IMG/VR virus record: IMGVR_UViG_3300020455_000012
Location: 6,836-70,835 of that record
DNA: 64,000 nucleotides
Origin: a virus
Strand: one strand, 5' to 3'
Positions 10,941 to 20,931 of the stretch are shown here, piece by piece. The stretch's first letter is position 1. Each line of letters begins with the position of its first letter. A program made the translations under genes and the position numbers. Below the pieces are notes generated by a model. The model did not search any database and was not told the origin of the DNA. It saw only the letters and a list, made by a program, of their open reading frames with translations.

Positions 10941-11698
10941 TCAATAGACTTGAAGTTTCTAAATTAAAAGCGGAGTTTATTAAGGGACAACCATTTCATC
11001 ATGTAGTAATAGATAATTTTTTTGATGATGAAACTGCTATGTCATTGAGTCGGGAGTTTCCTGATTATAATTCTGAGGTGTGGTATGTATATAATAATCC
11101 CTTAGAGAATAAGAAGGCTTGTAATGCATGGAACCTCTTCCCAAGGAACTTATATTCTACATTTTGTTATCTAAATTCCCCTTCCTTTATATCTAAACTA
11201 CAGAAGATTACTGGCATCAAGAAACTATATCCTGATGTAGGACTGCATGGTGGAGGGTTGCACATGCATGGTAAAGGTGGTAAACTGAACGTGCATTTAG
11301 ATTATTCTATTCATCCTAAACTGAAACTTCAAAGGAAATTAAATCTTATTGTTTATCTTGCAGAGAACTGGAATCCTGATTGGAAAGGCCAATTAGAGTT
11401 CTGGTCAGCAGATAGAAAACAATGCATAACTTCCACTGATACACTCTTTAATCGTGCAGTAATTTTTGATACGACACAAAACTCATATCATGGACTACCA
11501 ACGCCTCTGGAGTGTCCTGAGGGGTGTTACAGGAAGAGTATAGCAGTTTATTATCTTACTGATCCAGTGGAGAATTGTCCTGTTAATTCAAAGGCAATAT
11601 ACATTCCAACTGAGGATCAGAAAGATGATCCTGAAGTGAATAGAATCATCAACAAGAGGGCAAGTATGGTAACTGTAGACGAGGTTTATCGTGTTTGA
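10937..11698 (+). CDS. 2OG-Fe(II) oxygenase (prolyl-hydroxylase-like)
   Basis: PFHHVVIDNF, GGGLH, HLD, FNRAVIF, HG.P, RKSIAVYY. Confidence 0.85.
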   Translation: MINRLEVSKLKAEFIKGQPFHHVVIDNFFDDETAMSLSREFPDYNSEVWYVYNNPLENKKACNAWNLFPRNLYSTFCYLNSPSFISKLQKITGIKKLYPDVGLHGGGLHMHGKGGKLNVHLDYSIHPKLKLQRKLNLIVYLAENWNPDWKGQLEFWSADRKQCITSTDTLFNRAVIFDTTQNSYHGLPTPLECPEGCYRKSIAVYYLTDPVENCPVNSKAIYIPTEDQKDDPEVNRIINKRASMVTVDEVYRV

Positions 11699-12314
11699 AT
11701 TTAAAGCAACACTAAATCAATTATTTCCTAGTTTAGTTTATCACACTCCTTTTTTAACTAGAGATGAGTGTGAAAGGTATATTAAAGAGTTGGATGATGT
11801 AGAAAAATATTCTCCTAATATGCAGGGCAATCCTTATCACACTGAAGATAAATTGCATCTGTTAAATGATTCTTGGAAAAAATTGAGTGATAGAGTTATA
11901 GAGGTGATAAATTCTGTTGCTGATCATCAGAAGATAAAAAGAGATTCTTTTTACACTACTTGTATGTGGGCTAATATTTCTCAAGTAAAAGAATATTTTC
12001 ATAAAAAACATGTTCATCCTAATTCTTTTTTTAGTTCAATAATTTATCTCCGTGGTAATCAATCTTCTTCGACTATTTTTTATGACCCAAGATCTCAATC
12101 AAAGGTAATCCAACCTGACTATTCAGAAATTAATGATTTTAATTCAACGGCTTATCATCTTCCTTTTATAGAAGGTTCGATGGCGATCTTTCCTTCTTGG
12201 TTACCCCATAGTGTATCTGGTAATGACAATGATAATCATCATAGAATTACGATTAGTTCTAATTCCATGATGCATTCTGAAATTACCAGACACACTTCAT
12301 ACTTAAAAATCTGA
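11691..12314 (+). CDS. 2OG-Fe(II) oxygenase (TIGR02466-like)
   Basis: HVHPNSFFS.IIY, FYDPR, FPSWLPHSV, RITIS. Confidence 0.85.
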   Translation: MFEFKATLNQLFPSLVYHTPFLTRDECERYIKELDDVEKYSPNMQGNPYHTEDKLHLLNDSWKKLSDRVIEVINSVADHQKIKRDSFYTTCMWANISQVKEYFHKKHVHPNSFFSSIIYLRGNQSSSTIFYDPRSQSKVIQPDYSEINDFNSTAYHLPFIEGSMAIFPSWLPHSVSGNDNDNHHRITISSNSMMHSEITRHTSYLKI

Positions 12315-12322
12315 GGACTATT

Positions 12323-12721
12323 ATGAGTATAGTATGGACTAATGGAACATTTGACATCCTGCACCCTGGCCATATACAACTGTTTAAAGTTGCTAGGTCA
12401 TTGGGTGATAAGGTTATAGTTGCTACTGATAGTGATGAGAAGATAAAGAAAGATAAGGGTGATCATAAACCAGTGAATGATTTAAAGTATAGAGTTGCTA
12501 TGTTAGAGTCAATTAAATATATTGATGTAGTATTGACATTTGGTGACAGACCAGAACTTGAAGGGTTGATTCAATTGTACAGTCCTGATATACTATTACT
12601 TGGTGATGACTGGAGGTATGGGGATGTGGTGGGTAGAGAATATGCGAAGGAAGTTAGATTCCTTCCAAGAGTGGGAGGTTATGCAAGTAGTAACACAATT
12701 AAAAAGATTCACAATCTATGA
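12323..12721 (+). CDS. hldC: heptose-1-phosphate adenylyltransferase (HldE/RfaE domain II)
   Basis: TNGTFDILHPGH, SD..I...KG..KP, GDDW, SS motif. Confidence 0.85.
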   Translation: MSIVWTNGTFDILHPGHIQLFKVARSLGDKVIVATDSDEKIKKDKGDHKPVNDLKYRVAMLESIKYIDVVLTFGDRPELEGLIQLYSPDILLLGDDWRYGDVVGREYAKEVRFLPRVGGYASSNTIKKIHNL

Positions 12722-13497
12722 GAGTATTACTGATCGGAGATAGTTGCACTGATGTGTATGTTTATGGTGATGTCAAAAGACTGAACCCTGAAGCACCTGT
12801 TCCTATATTAGAACCTAAGAGGGAAGATAGTACTAAGGGTATGGCTTGGAATGTTTTTGATAACTTAAAAGCATTTGGATTGTCTGTTTTTATGTTGACC
12901 AATGAAGAAAAGATAATTAAGACGAGATATATTCATGAGAAATCTAATCAACAGATACTCAGAGTAGATAATGAACCAGAGATAAAACCATTACCTTATG
13001 AACCACCATTTATTGAGGATAGGTCTGCATATCACAAACCACCTCATGTAGTACCACCTAAAGATTGGTATGATGTGATGGTTATCTCTGATTACAATAA
13101 GGGATATGTAACACAAGAGAAGTTATTTGAATTAGTTGAGTGGTTTGAAGGCCCTGTGTTTGTAGATAGTAAGAAAACAAATTTACCTGTTAGTTGTTAT
13201 GTTAAGGTCAATGATATTGAATATGAAAGATTGCAAACTAAGAATGATAATGTTATTATAACTAAGGGTGGTGAAGGCACTGAGTATCAAGGTAAATTAT
13301 ATCCCGCAGAGAAAGTAAATGTGTTTGATGTGGTTGGTGCAGGTGATACGTTCCTTGCTGCCCTTACCTATGGATACTTAAAGTATGGTACAATAGAGGA
13401 AGCAATACCTCTTGCAAACAAGGCAGCAGCAATGGCTGTATCACATAGAGGAACTTATGTATTAACGGAGGAAGATGTCAAAAAGATACTGCATTGA
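12718..13497 (+). CDS. hldA: PfkB-family heptose-7-phosphate kinase (HldE/RfaE domain I)
   Basis: GD...D.Y.YG.V.RLNPEAPVP, SDYNKG, DVVGAGDTF. Confidence 0.85.
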   Translation: MRVLLIGDSCTDVYVYGDVKRLNPEAPVPILEPKREDSTKGMAWNVFDNLKAFGLSVFMLTNEEKIIKTRYIHEKSNQQILRVDNEPEIKPLPYEPPFIEDRSAYHKPPHVVPPKDWYDVMVISDYNKGYVTQEKLFELVEWFEGPVFVDSKKTNLPVSCYVKVNDIEYERLQTKNDNVIITKGGEGTEYQGKLYPAEKVNVFDVVGAGDTFLAALTYGYLKYGTIEEAIPLANKAAAMAVSHRGTYVLTEEDVKKILH

Positions 13498-13825
13498 TAT
13501 TGATGGTACGATTTGTACACCAACTGTGGGTAGGGATTACCATAAATCAAAACCTTGGCAAGATAGAATCAAGGTACTAAATAAACTCTATGATGAGGGT
13601 AATCATATTATCTACTTTACTGCACGAGCAATGGGTAGGTTTTCTGATCAACCCCATTCTATTGCTGCATCAAAAGCAAAAGAAGTTTTATTTGAACTCA
13701 CTGAAAAACAATTGGATGATTGGGGTGTTAAGTATCACGAATTGATTATGGGCAAACCACATGCAGATTACTTTATAGATGATAAGGCATGGCCTGATAA
13801 GGTATTCTTTGATGATAAACGATGA
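13475..13825 (+). CDS. small HAD-family phosphatase (possible GmhB-equivalent)
   Basis: DIDGT, TAR, GKP, IDD HAD motifs. Confidence 0.75.
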   Translation: MSKRYCIDIDGTICTPTVGRDYHKSKPWQDRIKVLNKLYDEGNHIIYFTARAMGRFSDQPHSIAASKAKEVLFELTEKQLDDWGVKYHELIMGKPHADYFIDDKAWPDKVFFDDKR

Positions 13826-14184
13826 AAGAGACTAAACCAAAATTTGTACCTAAAGGATGGGGTTGGGAGAAATGGATTGCCAACTCACATGAGTACTGTG
13901 GTAAGTTGTTGTTTATCAAAAAGAATCATAGATGTTCATGGCACTATCACATATTGAAAGATGAAACCTTCTACCTACAGTCAGGTAAGATTCATCTCTT
14001 TTATGGTAAGACTGATAACTTAGAGGACGCAAAGACTATGATATTAGAACCAGGTGATAGTTTTCATTGTTGTAGATACACCCGACATCAAATGGTTGCT
14101 ATTGAAGATGCAGAATTGTTTGAATTTTCTACACAACACTTTGATAAAGATTCTTACAGGGTGATAGCTGGAGATACTCTTTAA
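13822..14184 (+). CDS. cupin, sugar isomerase-like
   Basis: VPKGWG.E.W, SWHYH..KDETF, H, EFST. Confidence 0.75.
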   Translation: MKETKPKFVPKGWGWEKWIANSHEYCGKLLFIKKNHRCSWHYHILKDETFYLQSGKIHLFYGKTDNLEDAKTMILEPGDSFHCCRYTRHQMVAIEDAELFEFSTQHFDKDSYRVIAGDTL

Positions 14185-14953
14185 CACTAATAAACTTATG
14201 ATCCCATTCTTTCTTAGCACGAGTGTGGGTTTGATACTTACCTTTTAAGTGCTCTGGGAATGGGATATATTCTATTGTACCGTTATATTTTTCTGCTACT
14301 AGTTCTCCTACTGTTTGGAAACTTATTGGATCACTCGTTCCTAAATCATAGATACCTGATGGTTTATCATTATTAAGAACAGTCTCTACTATATCCCCTA
14401 CCCACACAAAATCCCTCCAGTAGTTTCCAGATCCTTCAAATAGTTTGAGTGCTCCTGTTTCTTGAAGTTGTTTGGTAAACTTATGAACAGGGCTTGCTTG
14501 ATCTCCTTTATGATCTTCTCCATCTCCATACACATTAAAGTATCTAAAACTCTGGATAGATGAGAACTCAGTCATGTGGTCTTGAATATAATAATCCATC
14601 TGCAACTTGGTGATTGCATAGTAGTTGAGTGGATTAATTATACCTTGTTGTTTACCATAGACTGATGCAGAGGAGGCAAACTTGACTGGTATTTGATGTT
14701 GTATTGCTTTCTCAAATAATTCTATACTATACCATACATTCATACGGTGAAGTTTATCTAAATCAGTCTCTGTTGTATCTGAGATTGCACCTTGATGTAG
14801 AATGAGGGATACCTTATCCCAATCCTTGAAGAGAGATATCCAATCCCATGCATCTTTCTCATTGACAGTTATTATTTCTTCTTGTGAATGTTCAATGAGA
14901 TATTTGAGGAAATTTTGACCTATGAAACCCTTTGAACCTGTAATTATTATCAT
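14129..14953 (-). CDS. hldD: ADP-L-glycero-D-manno-heptose-6-epimerase
   Basis: ITGSKGFIG, HQGAISDT, ASSASVYG, Y...K, RYFNVYG..E.HKG.QAS, FPEHLKGKYQ. Confidence 0.9.
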   Translation of the reverse strand: MIIITGSKGFIGQNFLKYLIEHSQEEIITVNEKDAWDWISLFKDWDKVSLILHQGAISDTTETDLDKLHRMNVWYSIELFEKAIQHQIPVKFASSASVYGKQQGIINPLNYYAITKLQMDYYIQDHMTEFSSIQSFRYFNVYGDGEDHKGDQASPVHKFTKQLQETGALKLFEGSGNYWRDFVWVGDIVETVLNNDKPSGIYDLGTSDPISFQTVGELVAEKYNGTIEYIPFPEHLKGKYQTHTRAKKEWDHKFISVKEYLQLSPCKNLYQSVV

Positions 14954-14967
14954 ATCTTTTTCATTAG

Positions 14968-14996
14968 ATTATAACAGAGATAAATAAGAAAAGCAA
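14968..14996 (-). promoter_or_regulatory. sigma70-like promoter for hldD
   Basis: Minus strand TTGCTT-17 nt-TATAAT with TG extended -10. Confidence 0.55.
14979..14986 (+). promoter_or_regulatory. T4-type late promoter
   Basis: GATAAATA upstream of 15019. Confidence 0.55.
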
Positions 14997-15018
14997 GTAG
15001 TATTATGGTTGTCGTAAT

Positions 15019-16833
15019 ATGCCATCACGAAAAGCCCAATTAGTTTCACCCTTATCTGGAGAGTATCTTAGTGTTCCAGGAATAAGTGTAACAGGAGTTA
15101 TCACTGCCACAGGTGGAATAACTGGAGTAGTAGGGGTTGCTCAATCAATTGCTGATGGAGCTGATTTGGATCTGGGAACGGTTACTGGAACTACTTTTGT
15201 TGGAGATTCTATTGGTACATATAGAGCAGCAGGACTCACTAATACAGGTGCAGGTACATCTAATTTAAATGTAGGAGTGGTTACTGCTACAAGTATTTCA
15301 GGAGTGGTTACAGGAAATATTACAGGTACAGCAAGTAGTATAATCAGTGGAGCAAATTTAACAGTTGGTGTTGCTACTGCTGTAACATGGTTAGGGGATG
15401 GATCAGGACTTACAGGTGCTGGTTCAAGTGCATTTATAGGACAGGCAGTTACTGCTCAAGCAGGTACTACTACAATTGATTTAAGTAGTGGTAATATAAT
15501 TAATTTTACTCATAGTAATAATACAACAGTTGCTTTTGCAAATACTAGCACGGCAAGTAGAATTACTTTTATAAGAAATGCAACAGCAAATACTATTACT
15601 TGGCCTGATAGGATTAAATGGAATAATGGATCCACACCTACGTTATTTGAAAAAAACGGTGGATATCAAGTTTTTCGTTTAACGACTGTAGATGCGGGAA
15701 CCACCTATCAGGCATGGGAGGAGTCTGCATCTCCAGATGGATATGGGATGTTTGTGTATGGATATAGTAATAGTGGTAGGTTAGGACTTAATGATAATGT
15801 CTATCGTTCATCACCAACTCAAGTAGGAACTAGTTTTGATTTCACAGGTTTGTGGCAGGTTACTTTTGGTGGTAATTCGAGTACCTTTCAAAAAAATACC
15901 AATGATCTTTTTGTGGCAGGATATAATGGTACTGGACAATTAGGACAAAATGATAGAACGAGTTATTCATCACCAAGACAAATACCTGGTGTATGGACTC
16001 AAGCGACACTTGGGGAAAATAGCATGAGGGGACACAAAGGTGGAAGTACATATGTATGGGGATCTAATAATTATGGACAATTAGGACTTAATGATAGAAA
16101 TAATCGTTCATCACCAGTTCTAATACCTGGAAGTTGGGATTCATCTGCAGGTAAAGATTGTATAGGAAATAGCACTACTTTTGCAATTAAAACTAATGGA
16201 ACATTATGGTCATGGGGAAGAAATTTTCTTGGAATTTTAGGACAAAATCAAGGAACTCCATCTCCTGGTTCTCCTGGATCAAAGTCATCACCAACTCAAG
16301 TAGGAACTGATACTACATGGCTTCAAATGCTTCATGCGGATACCACTGCAACAGCAGCGATCAAAAACAATGGAACACTATGGGCATGGGGATATGCTAA
16401 TCCTGGAATGTTAGGACAAAATAATGTAATAGATCGTTCATCACCAACTCAAGTAGGAACTGATACTAATTGGAGTAGATCATTTATGTTGAATAATTGC
16501 TGTGTAGCAAGCAAAACAAATGGAACATTATGGGCATGGGGAAATAATGGATCTGGAAGATTGGGACAAAATAATCTAACAAATTATTCATCACCAACTC
16601 AAATAGGAACTGATACTACATGGACTCATGGGAGTTTGGAAGGTAGTTGGAATGGTGGTGGTTTTTGTAAGAAAACTGATGGAACATTATGGTGTTGGGG
16701 ATTGAATAGTTCTGGACAATTAGGACTTAATAGTACAGTAAATTACTCATCACCAGTTCAAGTAACTGCATATAGCGATGCTTGGCTGAAATATGGAAGA
16801 ATGGGTGGTTCTGCTAATGCCATTATTAAGTAA
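15019..16833 (+). CDS. tail-fibre-like protein with C-terminal RCC1 repeats
   Basis: G/V/T-rich shaft, TIDLS.GN / ITWP..IKW domain, then SSPTQVG RCC1 blades. Confidence 0.8.
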   Translation: MPSRKAQLVSPLSGEYLSVPGISVTGVITATGGITGVVGVAQSIADGADLDLGTVTGTTFVGDSIGTYRAAGLTNTGAGTSNLNVGVVTATSISGVVTGNITGTASSIISGANLTVGVATAVTWLGDGSGLTGAGSSAFIGQAVTAQAGTTTIDLSSGNIINFTHSNNTTVAFANTSTASRITFIRNATANTITWPDRIKWNNGSTPTLFEKNGGYQVFRLTTVDAGTTYQAWEESASPDGYGMFVYGYSNSGRLGLNDNVYRSSPTQVGTSFDFTGLWQVTFGGNSSTFQKNTNDLFVAGYNGTGQLGQNDRTSYSSPRQIPGVWTQATLGENSMRGHKGGSTYVWGSNNYGQLGLNDRNNRSSPVLIPGSWDSSAGKDCIGNSTTFAIKTNGTLWSWGRNFLGILGQNQGTPSPGSPGSKSSPTQVGTDTTWLQMLHADTTATAAIKNNGTLWAWGYANPGMLGQNNVIDRSSPTQVGTDTNWSRSFMLNNCCVASKTNGTLWAWGNNGSGRLGQNNLTNYSSPTQIGTDTTWTHGSLEGSWNGGGFCKKTDGTLWCWGLNSSGQLGLNSTVNYSSPVQVTAYSDAWLKYGRMGGSANAIIK

Positions 16834-16857
16834 ATACCTAAATAACTAAAAAAAGAT

Positions 16858-19011
16858 ATGAGTCAGACTAAGGCACAATTAGTAGCACCGATTGGAGTAG
16901 TAACCGCACCTGGACTTACTGTTACAGGAGTTACTACGGCGACTTCTTTTGTGGGTAGTGTGACGGGTACAGCTAGTAGTATTGTTGCAGGAAGTGATAT
17001 AATTGTAGGAGTAATGAGTGCAACAGGGTTTGCAGGTGATTTTACAGGAACAGCAACAGGAATTAAAACATCTTCAAATTTGAATGTTGGTGTAGTTACT
17101 GCCTTAAGTTTTGTTGGTAATGTAACGGGAAATCTAACAGGCTCAGCAGGTGGATTGTCTGGTGGTGGGGATATTCATGTAGGAGTAGTTACTTCTGTTG
17201 CGATGTCAGGGGATGGTAGTAATTTAACAGGAATAGCAGCATCTGCTTTTACTTCTCAAACTGTTCCTACAACATCATTTTCAATAAATGTTACCTCTCC
17301 TGCTGGTGGAAACTATACACTATCTGGTACTGATAGAAATGGTGTAGTCAGTGGGAGTAGCGATCCCGCAGTTACTGTTGAGATAGGTGATACACTTAAT
17401 TTTGTTGTGGATGCTTCAGGACATCCATTTTATATTAGAGTATCAGATGGTGGTGCAAATGTAAGCACTCCTGCAGCGACCAATCAAGGTGCTCAAAGTG
17501 GTACTGTTTCTTGGACACCTAACACTGCTGGTACTTATTATTATCAGTGTGGAAATCATCCTGGTATGCTTGGAACCATCACTGTAACTGCTACCACCAC
17601 AATAGATTTAAGTAAGGGTAATAATATACTTTTTAATCAAACTGCAAATACAACTATTTCCTTTGCAAATACATCAACTACTGAAGCTATTAGTATCCTT
17701 AGAAAAGATGGAACAGGGACTATAACATGGCCCTCTAGTATTAAATGGAATGGTAGTTCTCCTCCTATACTGGCTTCATCAGATCAATCTAATGATTGGA
17801 ATTTGATTAAATTATTAACTCGTGATTCAGGTCTAACATGGAGAGGATGGGAGGAAGCAAAGAATGAAGGAACTTTTAATGCATTCGTTTGGGGAGGAAA
17901 TTATTATGGAGGATTAGGACTTAATGAAGCATTACCAGGTGCTTATAAATCATCACCAACTCAACTTCCTGGTGTTACTTGGGCAAAAGGTATGGCAGGT
18001 GGAAGCGGCGGTTTCTTTTATGGAAGTGGTGCAATTAAAACTGATGGAACATTATGGGCGATGGGATTTAATTATCAAGGAGGATTGGGATTAAATGATA
18101 CAACAGAATATTCATCACCAACTCAAGTGGGAACGGATACTACTTGGGATCAAGTTATAACCACTTGGAAGGCTAAGGCAGCAATTAAAACTGATGGAAC
18201 AATGTGGGCATGGGGATCTGATGTATATGGAGCATTAGCACAAAATAATAATGTAAAATATTCATCACCAGTTCAAATACCTGGCACATGGAGTGAGAGG
18301 GTTGATGGTTTTAGCACCTATGGAATTAAAACTAATGGAACATTATGGTCATGGGGAGGTCAGTATAAAGGATCATTTGGTCGGAATACAGGTAATATTA
18401 CGTATGTTTCATCACCAGCCCAAATCGGAGCTGATACCACATGGGCTACTGTAACAGCACTGGTCTATGGTGGTGCTGCAGTCAAAACTGATGGAACATT
18501 ATGGACATGGGGATCTGGTAGTGATACTAATTTTAGAGGAGCATTAGGACAGAATAATCTATCAAATTATTCATCACCAACTCAAGTAGGAACCGATACC
18601 ACATGGGGAAAGACAAATGCTACTCATTCTAGCATTATTAATTATGCTATGTTTAATATTAAAACTAATGGAACATTATGGTCATGGGGAGAGAATATGA
18701 ATGGAGTCTTAGGGCATAATGAGCATCCATCAAGTAGTGTTGGTGGTACTGACTATTCATCACCAACTCAAGTAGGAACTAGTAGCGATTGGAGTAAACT
18801 AGCTGGTTCAGGTTATCACATGAATGTACTTAAAACTGATGGAACACTGTGGGTACTAGGGGGATGGCGAGGTGGAGGAGAATTAGGACTGAATACTATA
18901 AGTCCAAATAGAATTTCATCCCCAACTCAACTACCTGGCATATGGGATGTAATGGATAATAATGTTATAATGGGGGGAAGTGGAACCATGATGAGAAAAC
19001 TAACGAATTGA
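16858..19011 (+). CDS. tail-fibre-like RCC1-repeat protein with inserted cupredoxin-like domain
   Basis: Paralog of 15019; extra GHPF...YYQCGNHPGM module; CTAAATA late promoter at 16838. Confidence 0.8.
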   Translation: MSQTKAQLVAPIGVVTAPGLTVTGVTTATSFVGSVTGTASSIVAGSDIIVGVMSATGFAGDFTGTATGIKTSSNLNVGVVTALSFVGNVTGNLTGSAGGLSGGGDIHVGVVTSVAMSGDGSNLTGIAASAFTSQTVPTTSFSINVTSPAGGNYTLSGTDRNGVVSGSSDPAVTVEIGDTLNFVVDASGHPFYIRVSDGGANVSTPAATNQGAQSGTVSWTPNTAGTYYYQCGNHPGMLGTITVTATTTIDLSKGNNILFNQTANTTISFANTSTTEAISILRKDGTGTITWPSSIKWNGSSPPILASSDQSNDWNLIKLLTRDSGLTWRGWEEAKNEGTFNAFVWGGNYYGGLGLNEALPGAYKSSPTQLPGVTWAKGMAGGSGGFFYGSGAIKTDGTLWAMGFNYQGGLGLNDTTEYSSPTQVGTDTTWDQVITTWKAKAAIKTDGTMWAWGSDVYGALAQNNNVKYSSPVQIPGTWSERVDGFSTYGIKTNGTLWSWGGQYKGSFGRNTGNITYVSSPAQIGADTTWATVTALVYGGAAVKTDGTLWTWGSGSDTNFRGALGQNNLSNYSSPTQVGTDTTWGKTNATHSSIINYAMFNIKTNGTLWSWGENMNGVLGHNEHPSSSVGGTDYSSPTQVGTSSDWSKLAGSGYHMNVLKTDGTLWVLGGWRGGGELGLNTISPNRISSPTQLPGIWDVMDNNVIMGGSGTMMRKLTN

Positions 19012-19026
19012 ATCTTAAGTGATTTA

Positions 19027-19034
19027 TATAAATA
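19027..19034 (+). promoter_or_regulatory. T4-type late promoter
   Basis: Exact TATAAATA. Confidence 0.75.
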
Positions 19035-19048
19035 ACTAAAAAAGTAAT

Positions 19049-20887
19049 ATGAGTCAGGAAAAAGCCCAATTAATTGCTCCTATTGAAAACATTACAGTTA
19101 CGGGAGTAGTAGCAACAGGAGTTATTACTGCGACTTCTTTTGAGGGGAATGTGACTGGAAGTGCAAGTAGTATTATTCAAGGAGCAAATATAGTTGCAGG
19201 AATAGTAACAGCAGGTCTTAATACCACTACTGCTTTCTCTGGTAATTTGACAGGTAATGCAGGTGGTCTTTCTGGTGATCCTGATATACATGTAGGAGTA
19301 TTGAGTGCTACCAGTTTTGTAGGAAATGTAACAGGTATTGTCACGGGTAGAGCAACAGGATTATCTAATACAGGTGCAGGTACATCTAATTTAAATATAG
19401 GAACTTTTACTGCAACTACTTTTCATGGGGATGGATCAGGTTTAACTGGTGTTGCAGGTGCAGCATTCTCACAACAATCTATTGGTATCACATCGGCAAC
19501 TACAGCAATAGATTTAAGTAATGGTAATGTAATACATGCTAATCAAAGTGCTGATACTACAGTTTCTTTTGCTAATACTGCTGGTAGTAATGAAATATAT
19601 TTCATAAGAGAGAAGGATGCCACAACCACTGCCAGAACCATTACATGGCCTACTACTATTGAATGGGATGGTGGATTTGAACCTACTCTAACAACAATTA
19701 ATCATTCTGGGGAGGCTCAAATATTTAAATTATGTACTACTACAAATGGTGAAACGTGGTACGGGAAGGAGGTTTATAAAAATCAGGGTGGATTCAAATT
19801 TTTTAGATGGGGACAGAGTGATTATGGGCAATTAGGTCTTAATGATAGAACAAGTCTTTCATCACCAGTTCAGGTAGGGGATTCTAGTGCATGGAGCAGT
19901 GTGACTGGGAATGGAACTCAGCAACTGGCAACTAAAGTTGATGGAACATTATGGACATGGGGAGCTAGTTCGGTAGGAGGATTAGGACTTAATGATCAAG
20001 TACATCGTTCATCACCCACTCAAGTAGGAACTGATACTACATGGAATAGAACATTCCCTAATGGATCATATTCTGGTGCTGCTACTAAAACGGATGGAAC
20101 ATTATGGGTATGGGGAAATAATTTGTATGGAGTATTGGGACAAAATGGAGGACAACCAACTTCTCAATCCTCACCAGTTCAACTACCTGGTACTTGGTCT
20201 GCATTGAGTAATAGTGGAGGTGGTATAGCTACAATGGGACTTAAAACTAATGGAACATTATGGTCATGGGGGTATAATACTTATGGAGGATTAGGACTTA
20301 ATGATAGAACAAGTCGTTCATCACCAACTCAAGTAGGAACTGATACTACATGGAAAGAGGGAATAGGTACAGGTTTTGGTTTCTTTGCTGCTGTTAAGAC
20401 TAATGGAACCCTATGGACTTCTGGATATAATACAACTGGACAATTAGGACTAAATCAAAGTTATGTTCCTAGTAATGCTAATACTAGGTCATCACCAACT
20501 CAAGTAGGGACTGATACTACTTGGAATAAAGTAGATTCGTCAGGTTCTAGTTCTATTGCAACCAAAACTGATGGAACATTATGGTCATGGGGATATAATG
20601 CTAGTAGTGGACAATTAGGACTTAATGATATTGTAAGTCGTTCATCACCAACTCAAGTAGGAACTCAGACTACATGGGAATCTCTACTACACGTAAATTC
20701 TGGTTATATTGCAACCAAAACTGATGGATCATTATGGTCATGGGGAATTAATTCTCATGGACAATTGGGACATAATCAACCACATAATACAAAGATTTCA
20801 TCACCAACTCAAATTACTGGTACTTGGGACATTTCTACAATAAATGCGATGTATAGTAATTATGGTGGAAATGCTTTTCAGTCTTAA
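19049..20887 (+). CDS. tail-fibre-like protein with C-terminal RCC1 repeats
   Basis: MSQEKAQLIAP N-terminus shared with paralogs; about 7 RCC1 blades. Confidence 0.8.
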   Translation: MSQEKAQLIAPIENITVTGVVATGVITATSFEGNVTGSASSIIQGANIVAGIVTAGLNTTTAFSGNLTGNAGGLSGDPDIHVGVLSATSFVGNVTGIVTGRATGLSNTGAGTSNLNIGTFTATTFHGDGSGLTGVAGAAFSQQSIGITSATTAIDLSNGNVIHANQSADTTVSFANTAGSNEIYFIREKDATTTARTITWPTTIEWDGGFEPTLTTINHSGEAQIFKLCTTTNGETWYGKEVYKNQGGFKFFRWGQSDYGQLGLNDRTSLSSPVQVGDSSAWSSVTGNGTQQLATKVDGTLWTWGASSVGGLGLNDQVHRSSPTQVGTDTTWNRTFPNGSYSGAATKTDGTLWVWGNNLYGVLGQNGGQPTSQSSPVQLPGTWSALSNSGGGIATMGLKTNGTLWSWGYNTYGGLGLNDRTSRSSPTQVGTDTTWKEGIGTGFGFFAAVKTNGTLWTSGYNTTGQLGLNQSYVPSNANTRSSPTQVGTDTTWNKVDSSGSSSIATKTDGTLWSWGYNASSGQLGLNDIVSRSSPTQVGTQTTWESLLHVNSGYIATKTDGSLWSWGINSHGQLGHNQPHNTKISSPTQITGTWDISTINAMYSNYGGNAFQS

Positions 20888-20897
20888 TCTGATCTGA

Positions 20898-20905
20898 TAT
20901 AAATA
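20898..20905 (+). promoter_or_regulatory. T4-type late promoter
   Basis: Exact TATAAATA. Confidence 0.75.
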
Positions 20906-20931
20906 CATAAAAAGTAGTGTAGTAGTGAAGA

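Larger units (their letters stand above)
2931..20353 (+). repeat. dispersed 36-bp coding repeat TCATCACCAACTCAAGTAGGAACTGATACTACATGG
   Basis: Exact copies at 2931, 16285, 20318; 1-2 mismatch copies at 16588, 18571, 20009 (also 20489); 31-nt copy at 16438. Confidence 0.9.

Noticed and set aside
15800-20830. 36-bp repeats with variable spacers resembling a CRISPR array
   Set aside because: Repeats are in-frame RCC1 coding motifs, spacing is well over 100 bp and irregular, and no cas genes are present
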